A stretch of 32,000 nt of DNA from positions 90,001 through 122,000 of the forward strand of contig CAZYLT010000006.1 of assembly GCA_964648855.1 (NCBI GenBank), in the 5' to 3' direction. The stretch's first letter is position 1. Every line of letters starts with the position of its first letter. A program made the position numbers and the translations under genes. The stretch is from an uncultured archaeon. GTDB lineage: Archaea > Asgardarchaeota > Thorarchaeia > Thorarchaeales > Thorarchaeaceae. Positions 24,310-32,000 of this stretch are shown one piece after another. A model generated the notes under the pieces. That model worked only from the letters and a program-made list of their open reading frames with translations, was not told the DNA's origin and searched no databases.

Positions 24310-25707
24310 ATGCCCAAGTCAGATTCCATTTTGATTGAGAACGGATATGTACTGACGCTTAATCCCGAACGAACGATTATCAAGAATGGCGCAGTGTATG
24401 TGGAAGATACGAAGATAGTAGATGTTGGCAAGAGTGAGGAGCTTTCCAAGTACCCTGCTGACAGAGTTCTTGATGCAGGCGGAGGCATCATAATGCCTGG
24501 GCTCATCGATACGCACACGCATCTTGCCCAAGCCCTCATCCGAGGATGTGCGGATGATGTCTCTCTGGTCGATTGGTTGAAGAAATACGTGTGGGTGCTA
24601 CAGGGTAACTTTACTGAATTGGATGGAAAGGTGTCTGCTGAGCTATGTATGGCCGAGATGATAAAGAGCGGGACCACATCTTTCATTGAATGCATGATTC
24701 ACGCAAGATACGGGTTCGATGGTATTGCTCGTGCCGTAGAACGTATCGGAATGCGGGCTGCCCTCTCAAAGATTATTATGAACTCTACTGGCTACGCGGA
24801 TAGCCCTGATATCATGTACCCCGGTATGGTTGAGGAAGAAGAGGCATGCCTCCGAGAAACTAAAGAGATGCTGGGTAAATGGCATGGCGAAGCGGATGGC
24901 CGTCTGCAGGTGTGGTATGGGCTACGGTCTCTTGGAGCTGTCACTGACGATTTATTCAAGAAGGTTGTTCATCTGGCTGACGAGCACGACACTCGCATGA
25001 CCATGCACTTGGGCGAAGTTGTGGACGACGTTCGTTATGTAAAGGAGAAGGGATACAAGAATCTGACCTCCTTTGCAGAGGATATGGGATTACTTGGCCC
25101 CAATATGGTCTTTGCACATGGCATCCATTTCGATGACTCCGAAATAGACCTCTTAGCAAAGACACAAAGCAATATCTCGCATTGCCCAGCAAGCAATATG
25201 AAACTCGCATCAGGATTTGCAAAAGTGCCCCTGATGCTGCAGAAGGGCGTTCCCGTATCATTGGGCTGCGATGGTGGGCCAAGCAACAATACCTATGACA
25301 TGGTCTCGGAGATGAGGCTTGCTGCACTCATTCACAAGGCGTATTGTGATGACCCTTTGGTAATACCCGCAGAAGACGCGATTGAGATGGCAACTTTGGG
25401 TGGGGCCAAAGCCATGGGGATCGATGAGCAAGTGGGTTCCCTAGAGATTGGGAAACTGGCCGACATAATCGTCGTCAACATGGATCATACGGGACTCACT
25501 CCGCATCCCAATCCCGTCTCGAATCTTGTGTATGCTGGGTCGGGACACTATGTTGACACCGTGATGTGTAATGGAACCCTGTTGATGCTTGACCGCGAAC
25601 TACTCACTCTTAATGAGGAACAAGTCAAGAAACAGGCAAACACGCAGATCCATTCTTTGCTAGAACGCGCGGAGATCACCATCGAACCGAAGTGGAATGC
25701 GCAGTAG
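24310..25707 (+). CDS. Amidohydrolase of the TRZ/ATZ-SsnA-MtaD (nucleobase/nucleoside deaminase) family
   Basis: MPGLIDTHTHLAQALIRG, EMIKSGTT, MHLGE, FAHGIH, SHCPASNMKLASG, LGCDG and GSLEIGKLADI. Start placed at the ATG at 24310. Confidence 0.92.
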   Translation: MPKSDSILIENGYVLTLNPERTIIKNGAVYVEDTKIVDVGKSEELSKYPADRVLDAGGGIIMPGLIDTHTHLAQALIRGCADDVSLVDWLKKYVWVLQGNFTELDGKVSAELCMAEMIKSGTTSFIECMIHARYGFDGIARAVERIGMRAALSKIIMNSTGYADSPDIMYPGMVEEEEACLRETKEMLGKWHGEADGRLQVWYGLRSLGAVTDDLFKKVVHLADEHDTRMTMHLGEVVDDVRYVKEKGYKNLTSFAEDMGLLGPNMVFAHGIHFDDSEIDLLAKTQSNISHCPASNMKLASGFAKVPLMLQKGVPVSLGCDGGPSNNTYDMVSEMRLAALIHKAYCDDPLVIPAEDAIEMATLGGAKAMGIDEQVGSLEIGKLADIIVVNMDHTGLTPHPNPVSNLVYAGSGHYVDTVMCNGTLLMLDRELLTLNEEQVKKQANTQIHSLLERAEITIEPKWNAQ

Positions 25708-25709
25708 GC

Positions 25710-27320
25710 TCAATTAGTCGTGTTTGCGATTTCCTGAACTGACATAAACCACCTACGAATGCCCTCTTCTGGGCACGACCAGGATTGGGTGTCCTCCTGC
25801 CAGAGCTCTTTTGGAAACTCGATGTGAGCGGTTATTGAATGCCCCAATATGCCAGTCATGACATTCTTGGATACCGTGTTAATCGCTCTAGTGAAGCCAT
25901 ACGCACCACCCTCCGGGAGATCTGCTGCCAATATCAATTTCCCCTCTGGAGTGAACTGGACTTGACAATATGGCAGTCTTTGTACCCAAGCAGTTATGGA
26001 CTGACTCAAATCCAAATCCTCACATGTTAGAAAGACACACTCGTTCAGACCAATATGCCGGAGCCCCCAACGCCGTTCAATCAAACCACTGTCCTTGAGT
26101 CTTTTCAGGCGCTCATGTGCTCTGTTCTGCCCAATTTTCAGTTCCTTCCGTATGGCTCTGACAGATGTGTTTCGTTTGAAGACCTGAGCAAGAATCTCCA
26201 TATCTAGTTGATCAAGAATTAGCTCGGTGCGTTTAATCGGTTTCTCGGTTCTTGGAATAACATTGGCAAGATCATCACTGTGTATCCTCACGAGCTCATG
26301 TTTTAGCAAGTCCCACGGAATTTCCCACCTTCCTCGCTGCACGGAATAAAAATCATAACATCGTGGGTAGCCTGCCACTGCTGTATCAAACAACTCTGCC
26401 CTTCTTCCTATCCGAGCAATTATCTTCTTGAATTCTTCTAGTGCTCTCATGCTCTTTGGGTTTTCAGGAACGGTAAGGAGGACTAGCAAGCTCCATGGTC
26501 CAGAGAGTATTCTTCTATAAGAAAGGAAGAACGGGGAGTCTACTACATAGTCCACTGGGTCTGACTTGTCTTCGCTCCTTCCTATTAAGACAAATACAAA
26601 ACGAATTCCTATCTTTGAATATGGAACAAAATCTTGCCTGTGCAATACATAATTGTTCAGCAGCTCGTTCTTCTTTCTTGAAACCCATTTGTATGAAACA
26701 TCTACAAGATCCGCCAACTCTCTCATCGTAATTTTTGGCTGTTCCATTAGATGTTCTACCATCTGAATCTCGGTTGCATCGAATTCACGACTCCATCTTC
26801 TGAAGTTTTCAGACACATGAGTAGCATAGCCCGCATTATCCAATCGAATGCCGGACTGCATCCATTTTAGAAACTGACGAGTCATGTCTTCAAGCCCTAG
26901 GTTTCCCTGCAGATATTGAAGCAGGCGAAACATCTCGGATGGATAGTAGTTCCTGATGTTTCCAATATCCTTTCTGCCTACATTCCTATGCCATAAGGCA
27001 AACCAATCGGACTGCTGGTTTCCGCCAAGATATTGGGCAGCAAATGCATTAGATAGGTCTTCGATGCATTGAGCGCATAACGTCTTCTTCTTGAGGACCG
27101 CAGCCATATGCGCTCTGGCAGCCACCCCCTCAAGAGGCACATCATGATCGTCTAGGACTAAAACTCCTTTCCTAATCCTACCTCCAAACCAGGCATTTTT
27201 CTTTTTTTCTTTGGTTGACCGGACTTTTTCGGGCGCTTTTGCTGGTTTTAGTCCGAATCGGTCCTCGAGTTCTCTTCCAATATCATTCCAAATAGCCATT
27301 ACAGTTTCGAGGTCAATCAA
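25710..27320 (-). CDS. Large Lrp/AsnC-like protein: unknown N-terminal domain plus two wHTH + ferredoxin-like modules
   Basis: wHTH-1 is PKITMRELADLVDVSYKWVSRKKNEL...YSKIGI. wHTH-2 is LDQLDMEIL...SVRAIRKELKIGQNRAHERLKRLKDSGLI...HIGL. TTG start. Confidence 0.75.
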   Translation of the reverse strand: MIDLETVMAIWNDIGRELEDRFGLKPAKAPEKVRSTKEKKKNAWFGGRIRKGVLVLDDHDVPLEGVAARAHMAAVLKKKTLCAQCIEDLSNAFAAQYLGGNQQSDWFALWHRNVGRKDIGNIRNYYPSEMFRLLQYLQGNLGLEDMTRQFLKWMQSGIRLDNAGYATHVSENFRRWSREFDATEIQMVEHLMEQPKITMRELADLVDVSYKWVSRKKNELLNNYVLHRQDFVPYSKIGIRFVFVLIGRSEDKSDPVDYVVDSPFFLSYRRILSGPWSLLVLLTVPENPKSMRALEEFKKIIARIGRRAELFDTAVAGYPRCYDFYSVQRGRWEIPWDLLKHELVRIHSDDLANVIPRTEKPIKRTELILDQLDMEILAQVFKRNTSVRAIRKELKIGQNRAHERLKRLKDSGLIERRWGLRHIGLNECVFLTCEDLDLSQSITAWVQRLPYCQVQFTPEGKLILAADLPEGGAYGFTRAINTVSKNVMTGILGHSITAHIEFPKELWQEDTQSWSCPEEGIRRWFMSVQEIANTTN

Positions 27321-27740
27321 AGGAACTTAGCACCCTATGTGAGAGACCATATACCAACCTGAAAAGAATTTCCTGAGGGATGAAATGGGGTCCCCCCTCC
27401 CCTACCGTTTTCGTCTTCTCACGGACAGCAAAGATACTGTAGCCAATGATGAAAGAGAAACTCGATGCAAACTCAAGAGGAGAAAGTGTTGAGTGGCTGA
27501 TTCAAGTTCTCGCCCCAGTAATTGGGCATCATTTTGAACTCTGTACGCCCTCGAGAAGTACAGCCACGCCAACCAGTGCATTCCAAGTATATATACTGAG
27601 GGACAATCCACTGTCGGCGTTACAAAACCCCTTCTAAAGCGATTCTGCCGGCCATCAGGCGAGTTGGGCCCCCCTTCACACCTGCTGCGAGAGTAACGAC
27701 TTCTATGTGTTGAATGAAAATAGGGTATTACCCGTTACTG

Positions 27741-28952
27741 CTAGGTTATAATCGCCTCGCGCTCGAAGAGTTTTGCTCCGATTATCAGAAACACCACTGT
27801 GAATGCTAGCAGATACAATACATTACCCAGCAGGGAGAGTGGCGTACCGACACCCGAAAGGACTCCGTTGAGGAATATGATTGCATGAGTGAAGGGTATT
27901 GCTAATACAAAGAACCCGAACAGCCCTCCATATTGTAGTATGCTTCCTGTAAAACCTAGGATGCCTATGACCATCGTGGGGACCAAGAGCACAAGGTTGT
28001 TGATTGACTCTGCAGTGGCTTGATCCTTTGCAAGACAAGAGATCACCACTCCTATCCCAATGGCACAGAGCAGTACCAAGAATTGACAGAAGAAAATCAA
28101 CGGAATTGTGGCAGTATTGACGGTGTAGAGACTGATGTAATATTCAGCTGCACTGGGCGGTAATGGTGCAGCCCGAAAGATGATCGAGAAGTTGTACATT
28201 AGTATTCCAACAACAGTGAAGGCAGAGTAGATCATCGTGAGAATGAGTCCTGCCACCAGCTTTGAGCCAAGAATCTTGATGCGGCTCATTGGTACCACTA
28301 AGAGCGCCTCCAGCGTATGCCTCTCTCTCTCACCCGCAAATGATTTGCTCACATAGGGGGCGGGCGCAAGCACAGATGTGATCATAACTAAGAATATCGC
28401 TAGCTGATGCCCGTAGGTGGCCTCTGGAGCAATGGTGTTCCAATTCACCTGTAAGTCACGAATCACGACTATCTCATTGATTCTTTGTTTAGCAAATATG
28501 TCAATCCGTTGCGCTGCAGCTGTAGCTCTGAAATTTCCAGTATTTACCCAAATCGCGAGGGTACTTCTATTATTAGCCTCGAGTTCTTCCGTGAAATTCT
28601 GTGGTATGAGGACCCAGACGGAGACCGAACGATTCTCCACTAAATCTTCTCCTTCTTGTCGAGTGACTTGTATCAGTGGGTTAATCAGCAATTCGTCTGT
28701 ATTACCCTCGATAGCCGCATAGAGTGTGTTTCCCCAATTATCATTGTCCGCATTGGTGATATAGACAGTCTCCGGTTCTTCAGTCGTCTGAGCAACGATG
28801 AATGATAGAAATGCACCTTGAAACAACCACGCAAAGAGTGGGCTAATGATGAATCCCAAGACAAGCCAGCGAGACCGCAAGACGCTCTTAATCTCCTTCT
28901 TGAGCATCCAGATGGTCTTCTTGCCAGTTCTTCGCTTATTGCTTCTTGCCAC
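27741..28952 (-). CDS. ABC-2 type exporter permease (NatB-like)
   Basis: N-terminal TM helix, an extracellular domain, SFAGERERHTLEALLVVPMSR..ILGSK, and five C-terminal TM helices. Confidence 0.92.
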   Translation of the reverse strand: MARSNKRRTGKKTIWMLKKEIKSVLRSRWLVLGFIISPLFAWLFQGAFLSFIVAQTTEEPETVYITNADNDNWGNTLYAAIEGNTDELLINPLIQVTRQEGEDLVENRSVSVWVLIPQNFTEELEANNRSTLAIWVNTGNFRATAAAQRIDIFAKQRINEIVVIRDLQVNWNTIAPEATYGHQLAIFLVMITSVLAPAPYVSKSFAGERERHTLEALLVVPMSRIKILGSKLVAGLILTMIYSAFTVVGILMYNFSIIFRAAPLPPSAAEYYISLYTVNTATIPLIFFCQFLVLLCAIGIGVVISCLAKDQATAESINNLVLLVPTMVIGILGFTGSILQYGGLFGFFVLAIPFTHAIIFLNGVLSGVGTPLSLLGNVLYLLAFTVVFLIIGAKLFEREAIIT

Positions 28953-29025
28953 TCTTGGTCACCAAGTTCTTACAACTCGAACTTCACAGAGTCCTATAAT
29001 GATTATGTATCATCCAACTATATGG

Positions 29026-30375
29026 TTAAGACAGCCAGGGGAGAATTCTGTCGGTTATGCTCTCAAACACACAAGCCAAACTATTTCCCAATGCTCCGTG
29101 CTGACGGAGATAATGCTGGATGGTTCCTTTGTACTGAGCAAACCGTAGCTTATGCTCTGAGAACACACCCTTGAAAAGGAGTTGATGACGGTGCGCTTTG
29201 CCTCTCTGTTTCCTCCACTCAGAATCAGTAATTCGTGCTCTGACTTTGGTGTAGAGTCCGGTACCTACAATTGGGTAGGGAAAAGAGTATGAGAGATAAT
29301 CAAGTGGCAGCCTGGATGAGAATCTCAAGGTATCAACCAGAGAGTCATCTGTCTCTCCTGGATAGCCGAGAATGAAAAAACCTCCTGTTTCAATGCCTGC
29401 TTGCTTTGCGGCATGAACTGCGCTCGTCACATTATCGAGGTCGATTTGTTTCTTCATTATTTTTAGCATTCGCTCATTCCCAGACTCGATTCCAAAGAAT
29501 ACTCTGACACATCCTGCTCTCGCCATCTTCTCTGCCATTCTTGGAGTCAACGTGTCTGCTCGGCTCAGGCACATCCAATTAAGGTTCACATCGGATGATA
29601 GCAACAAATTGCAAATTTCTTCTACTCGGTCCGGATTGAGCGTGAAACAATCATCTTGGAAGAATACCCTGTCATATCCTAGTTTTTCTATCTGCTTCAT
29701 CTCTTCAACGACTGTGCCTGCAGAGAACTCACGGTAACTTCTACCATATACGGGGTTGCTACAGAAATCACAAGCGTATGGGCATCCACGAGTTGACATC
29801 ATGCTTGTTGCTGTGTATCCATGGTACTTATTCCAGTACGCTTGGTAGGCGCCATTGGGGAATAGGTTTCTTGCTGGAGATGGTATCGATTCAAGATCTT
29901 CAATATATGGACGGGGATCATTAACAATAATGCTCCCGTTCTCATCTCTGTATGCAATACCCTTGATGTCATACCAGTTCTCGTTGCTTCGCATTCTCTC
30001 TACCAATTCAAGGAATGTTTCCTCTCCTTCATGTCGAACCACAACATCGAAGACATCTAGGAAACTCTCTGGTGTCAATGAAGGGAGCGGCCCGCCTGCA
30101 ACAATCAAAGGAACCTCATCTCTTATGCTTCGAGCAATCCGAATGGCATGATGGTTCATAGTGACCATCGAGTAAATTCCAACTATGTCGGGCTTGGCTC
30201 TCCTAATAGATTGCACAGCATCTCCAGGTTGGGAAAACGTGCAGTCAAGGAGCTGCGGGCGTATACCCGTAGTCCTGAGGACCGAAGCCAGGTATCCAAG
30301 ACCCAAGGGCGGATAGCGAAAAATCGAACGGTCTAATTCCTCGTTGAAATATGGATAGACTAACGCCACTCTCAT
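29026..30375 (-). CDS. Cobalamin-binding radical SAM protein (class B methyltransferase-like)
   Basis: PPLGLGYLAS, PDIVGI, VAGGP, HEGEETF, TRGCPYACDFC, DDCF, GIESG and FILGYPGET. Confidence 0.93.
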   Translation of the reverse strand: MRVALVYPYFNEELDRSIFRYPPLGLGYLASVLRTTGIRPQLLDCTFSQPGDAVQSIRRAKPDIVGIYSMVTMNHHAIRIARSIRDEVPLIVAGGPLPSLTPESFLDVFDVVVRHEGEETFLELVERMRSNENWYDIKGIAYRDENGSIIVNDPRPYIEDLESIPSPARNLFPNGAYQAYWNKYHGYTATSMMSTRGCPYACDFCSNPVYGRSYREFSAGTVVEEMKQIEKLGYDRVFFQDDCFTLNPDRVEEICNLLLSSDVNLNWMCLSRADTLTPRMAEKMARAGCVRVFFGIESGNERMLKIMKKQIDLDNVTSAVHAAKQAGIETGGFFILGYPGETDDSLVDTLRFSSRLPLDYLSYSFPYPIVGTGLYTKVRARITDSEWRKQRGKAHRHQLLFKGVFSEHKLRFAQYKGTIQHYLRQHGALGNSLACVFESITDRILPWLS

Positions 30376-31232
30376 TTCTTTATTCCCTTCATCTCAGATA
30401 GTGGACCAATCCTGACCAGATATTCTAGACTCTTGCTGTTGGGTGGAATCGAGAGAATGACTCCACTCCAGCTTATGATGTCATCAATTATCTCCCTACC
30501 TCTATATGCGTGTAGTTCTTCCGGTATGCTTACTTCCAAAAACAGATTTGCTACGGGCGAATAGAATGTTGCTTTCCTTCCCTCTATTCTATCCCAACCA
30601 GATATCTCATCTCGCTCCAGATGGATACCTGTATCATCTATATAGCGGTCAAAGAGGACGCCTCCGAGCTCGTTGGAGACAAAAATCTCTTGCAGTCCAT
30701 TTCTATCAACATCTTCAAAATTCATGGAAACTATGATTTCTCGCTTTTCATTTTTGAATTCATAGTAAACAGGTATGGTCCCTTTGGACTCAACTCTGTA
30801 AAATGCAGGGCTATGGTCCTTGAGATTCACACCCGTGTTTCCCGCGACTCTGCTACTCAACTCTATTAGCCTTCTACCCATTGTTGTCTTGTACACGCGG
30901 TTATACAGCCTCTGATAGACCCATGAGAAGGTTTCCGGCCCAGATGATGCTCTTTTCTGATGTCTGTCGATGAGATTCAAGTCGAATTTTTTCCATACTC
31001 TCTGTGATATGATTTCTCCTTCTTCAGAGGTTGTTGCTGTTCCAGGAAAATAGAAGTCTCGACGATACTTCAGCAGAGGGACACCGATACCTATTCCCTC
31101 CTCGCACAGGTCCGCACTGCCTTGCTCCCTGCTTAGAATAACTCCTTTCTGAATCGGTGATGCCTTTCCACATTTTGGTTCGGGAAGTCTGCTAAGGTAT
31201 AATCCTATGCGGCTGTTCTCTGAGGAATTCAT
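30372..31232 (-). CDS. Hypothetical protein, translationally coupled to the radical SAM gene
   Basis: Long ORF with a 4-bp overlap with the rSAM start. Contains QKG...EEGIGIGVP and NELGG segments. Start is probably ATG at 31232; the track gives 31307. Confidence 0.75.
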   Translation of the reverse strand: MNSSENSRIGLYLSRLPEPKCGKASPIQKGVILSREQGSADLCEEGIGIGVPLLKYRRDFYFPGTATTSEEGEIISQRVWKKFDLNLIDRHQKRASSGPETFSWVYQRLYNRVYKTTMGRRLIELSSRVAGNTGVNLKDHSPAFYRVESKGTIPVYYEFKNEKREIIVSMNFEDVDRNGLQEIFVSNELGGVLFDRYIDDTGIHLERDEISGWDRIEGRKATFYSPVANLFLEVSIPEELHAYRGREIIDDIISWSGVILSIPPNSKSLEYLVRIGPLSEMKGIKK

Positions 31233-31407
31233 TGACAATAAGCAGTGGGGACATGCATATTTTAGCATTCGCAATGGTCGGTTGGTTTTGAATAGAGGCG
31301 AGAGCACTTTGGAATTCCTGTAATCATCAGAGGAATTGCTTCACAGCAACTCAGTTGTCACTGAAGCAGATCGGAAGTGTATAACCTACTCGGGATTACG
31401 GGCTCTA

Positions 31408-32000
31408 TTACTTAGTGTACACCCCTTCTCCAGTCACCAGACCAGTAAACACCTCTTCCAGATTGGCAGCCTTGAATTTTTCTTCCAATTGGGACGGCTT
31501 GCCTGTTGCCACCAGCTCACCCTTGTTCAGAATTCCTACTCTGTCACAGAGCTCGGAGACCTCGTTCAAATCATGTGTAGTCAGAATGATTGTCCTGTTC
31601 TCTTCAGAACTCAGCCGCTTCAAGACATTTCGGACCACTCTGGCCCCGATTGTGTCCACACCAGTGGTAGGCTCATCGAGAAATACCACCTCCGGTTCAA
31701 TAATCAGGGCTCGCGCAACGAGAACTTTTCTCTTCATCCCACCGCTGAATCCCTTGACAAGATGGTCCTCTCTGTCCTTTAGGTCGACGATCTCTAGCAA
31801 TCGGTCAGCCCTCTCATTGAGCTCCTCCTCCTCAATACCGTAGAGCCCTCCATAGAAGGTCAAATTCTCACGAGCTGTCAATAGCTCATAAATACCCGCC
31901 TCTTGTGGTAGTAATGCTGCACGTTGACGGATATACTGTTTCTCCTTTTCAACATCTTTGCCGAGAACGTAGGCTTTGCCCGCGGTTGGAGTGAGAAGTC
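31408..32000 (-). CDS. ABC transporter ATP-binding protein (5' part outside the window)
   Basis: The frame stays open to the window edge (LLTPTAGKAYVLGKDV...LPQE...). Signature FSGGMKRK, Walker B VVFLDEPT and H-loop LTTHD. Confidence 0.93.
   Translation of the reverse strand, partial: LLTPTAGKAYVLGKDVEKEKQYIRQRAALLPQEAGIYELLTARENLTFYGGLYGIEEEELNERADRLLEIVDLKDREDHLVKGFSGGMKRKVLVARALIIEPEVVFLDEPTTGVDTIGARVVRNVLKRLSSEENRTIILTTHDLNEVSELCDRVGILNKGELVATGKPSQLEEKFKAANLEEVFTGLVTGEGVYTK

Noticed and set aside
27405-27430. Hammerhead-like GUC-CGUGAGAA-GAC-GAAA on the minus strand
   Set aside because: There is no CUGANGA core 5' of the stem.
27500-27540. Second SECIS (AUGA...GA on the minus strand)
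   Set aside because: The upper helix is only about 4-6 bp, and the upstream genes contain no in-frame UGA at a Cys-like position.
27402-27637. 63-aa (+) and 69-aa (-) ORFs in the long spacer
   Set aside because: They have no motifs or clear translation signals and cannot be supported without homologs.
1-32000. CRISPR arrays, tRNA/rRNA genes, transposases or integrases
   Set aside because: I saw no regularly spaced repeats, cloverleaf structures or mobile-element proteins.

Overview
This is an archaeal chromosomal window, most likely from an Asgard archaeon (Thorarchaeia-like). That assignment is an inference from the archaeal-type LeuRS, TATA-box promoters, a SAMP/MoaD protein and a eukaryote-type SECIS. 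From left to right it holds a partial membrane protein, a methyltransferase-fold protein, TatD, a Zn-ribbon protein, ferredoxin, leuS, two tandem MscS paralogs and a DUF420-like protein. Next is a split [NiFeSe] Vhu/Mvh hydrogenase operon (vhuD-G-A plus a 50-codon UGA-containing vhuU that the ORF track misses). vhuU has a stem-loop directly 3' of its Sec codon and a eukaryote-like SECIS whose AUGA core contains the stop codon. A ~14 kb cluster follows, with two tungsten AOR-family oxidoreductases and their Fe-S partners, MoaD/SAMP, a cyclic amidohydrolase, a PreA-like flavoenzyme with an atypical active-site loop, a PfkB kinase, an M24 peptidase, a PAS histidine kinase and a deaminase-type amidohydrolase. 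In the middle of this cluster (~16014-16400) lies a GC-rich, extensively base-paired element of about 390 nt with its own TATA box and no credible ORF, which looks like a large ncRNA that I cannot assign to a known family. The window ends with a duplicated Lrp/wHTH-type protein, an ABC-2 permease, a B12 radical SAM enzyme, a hypothetical protein and a partial ABC ATPase. All RNA structures were read by eye; no searches or folding programs were run.
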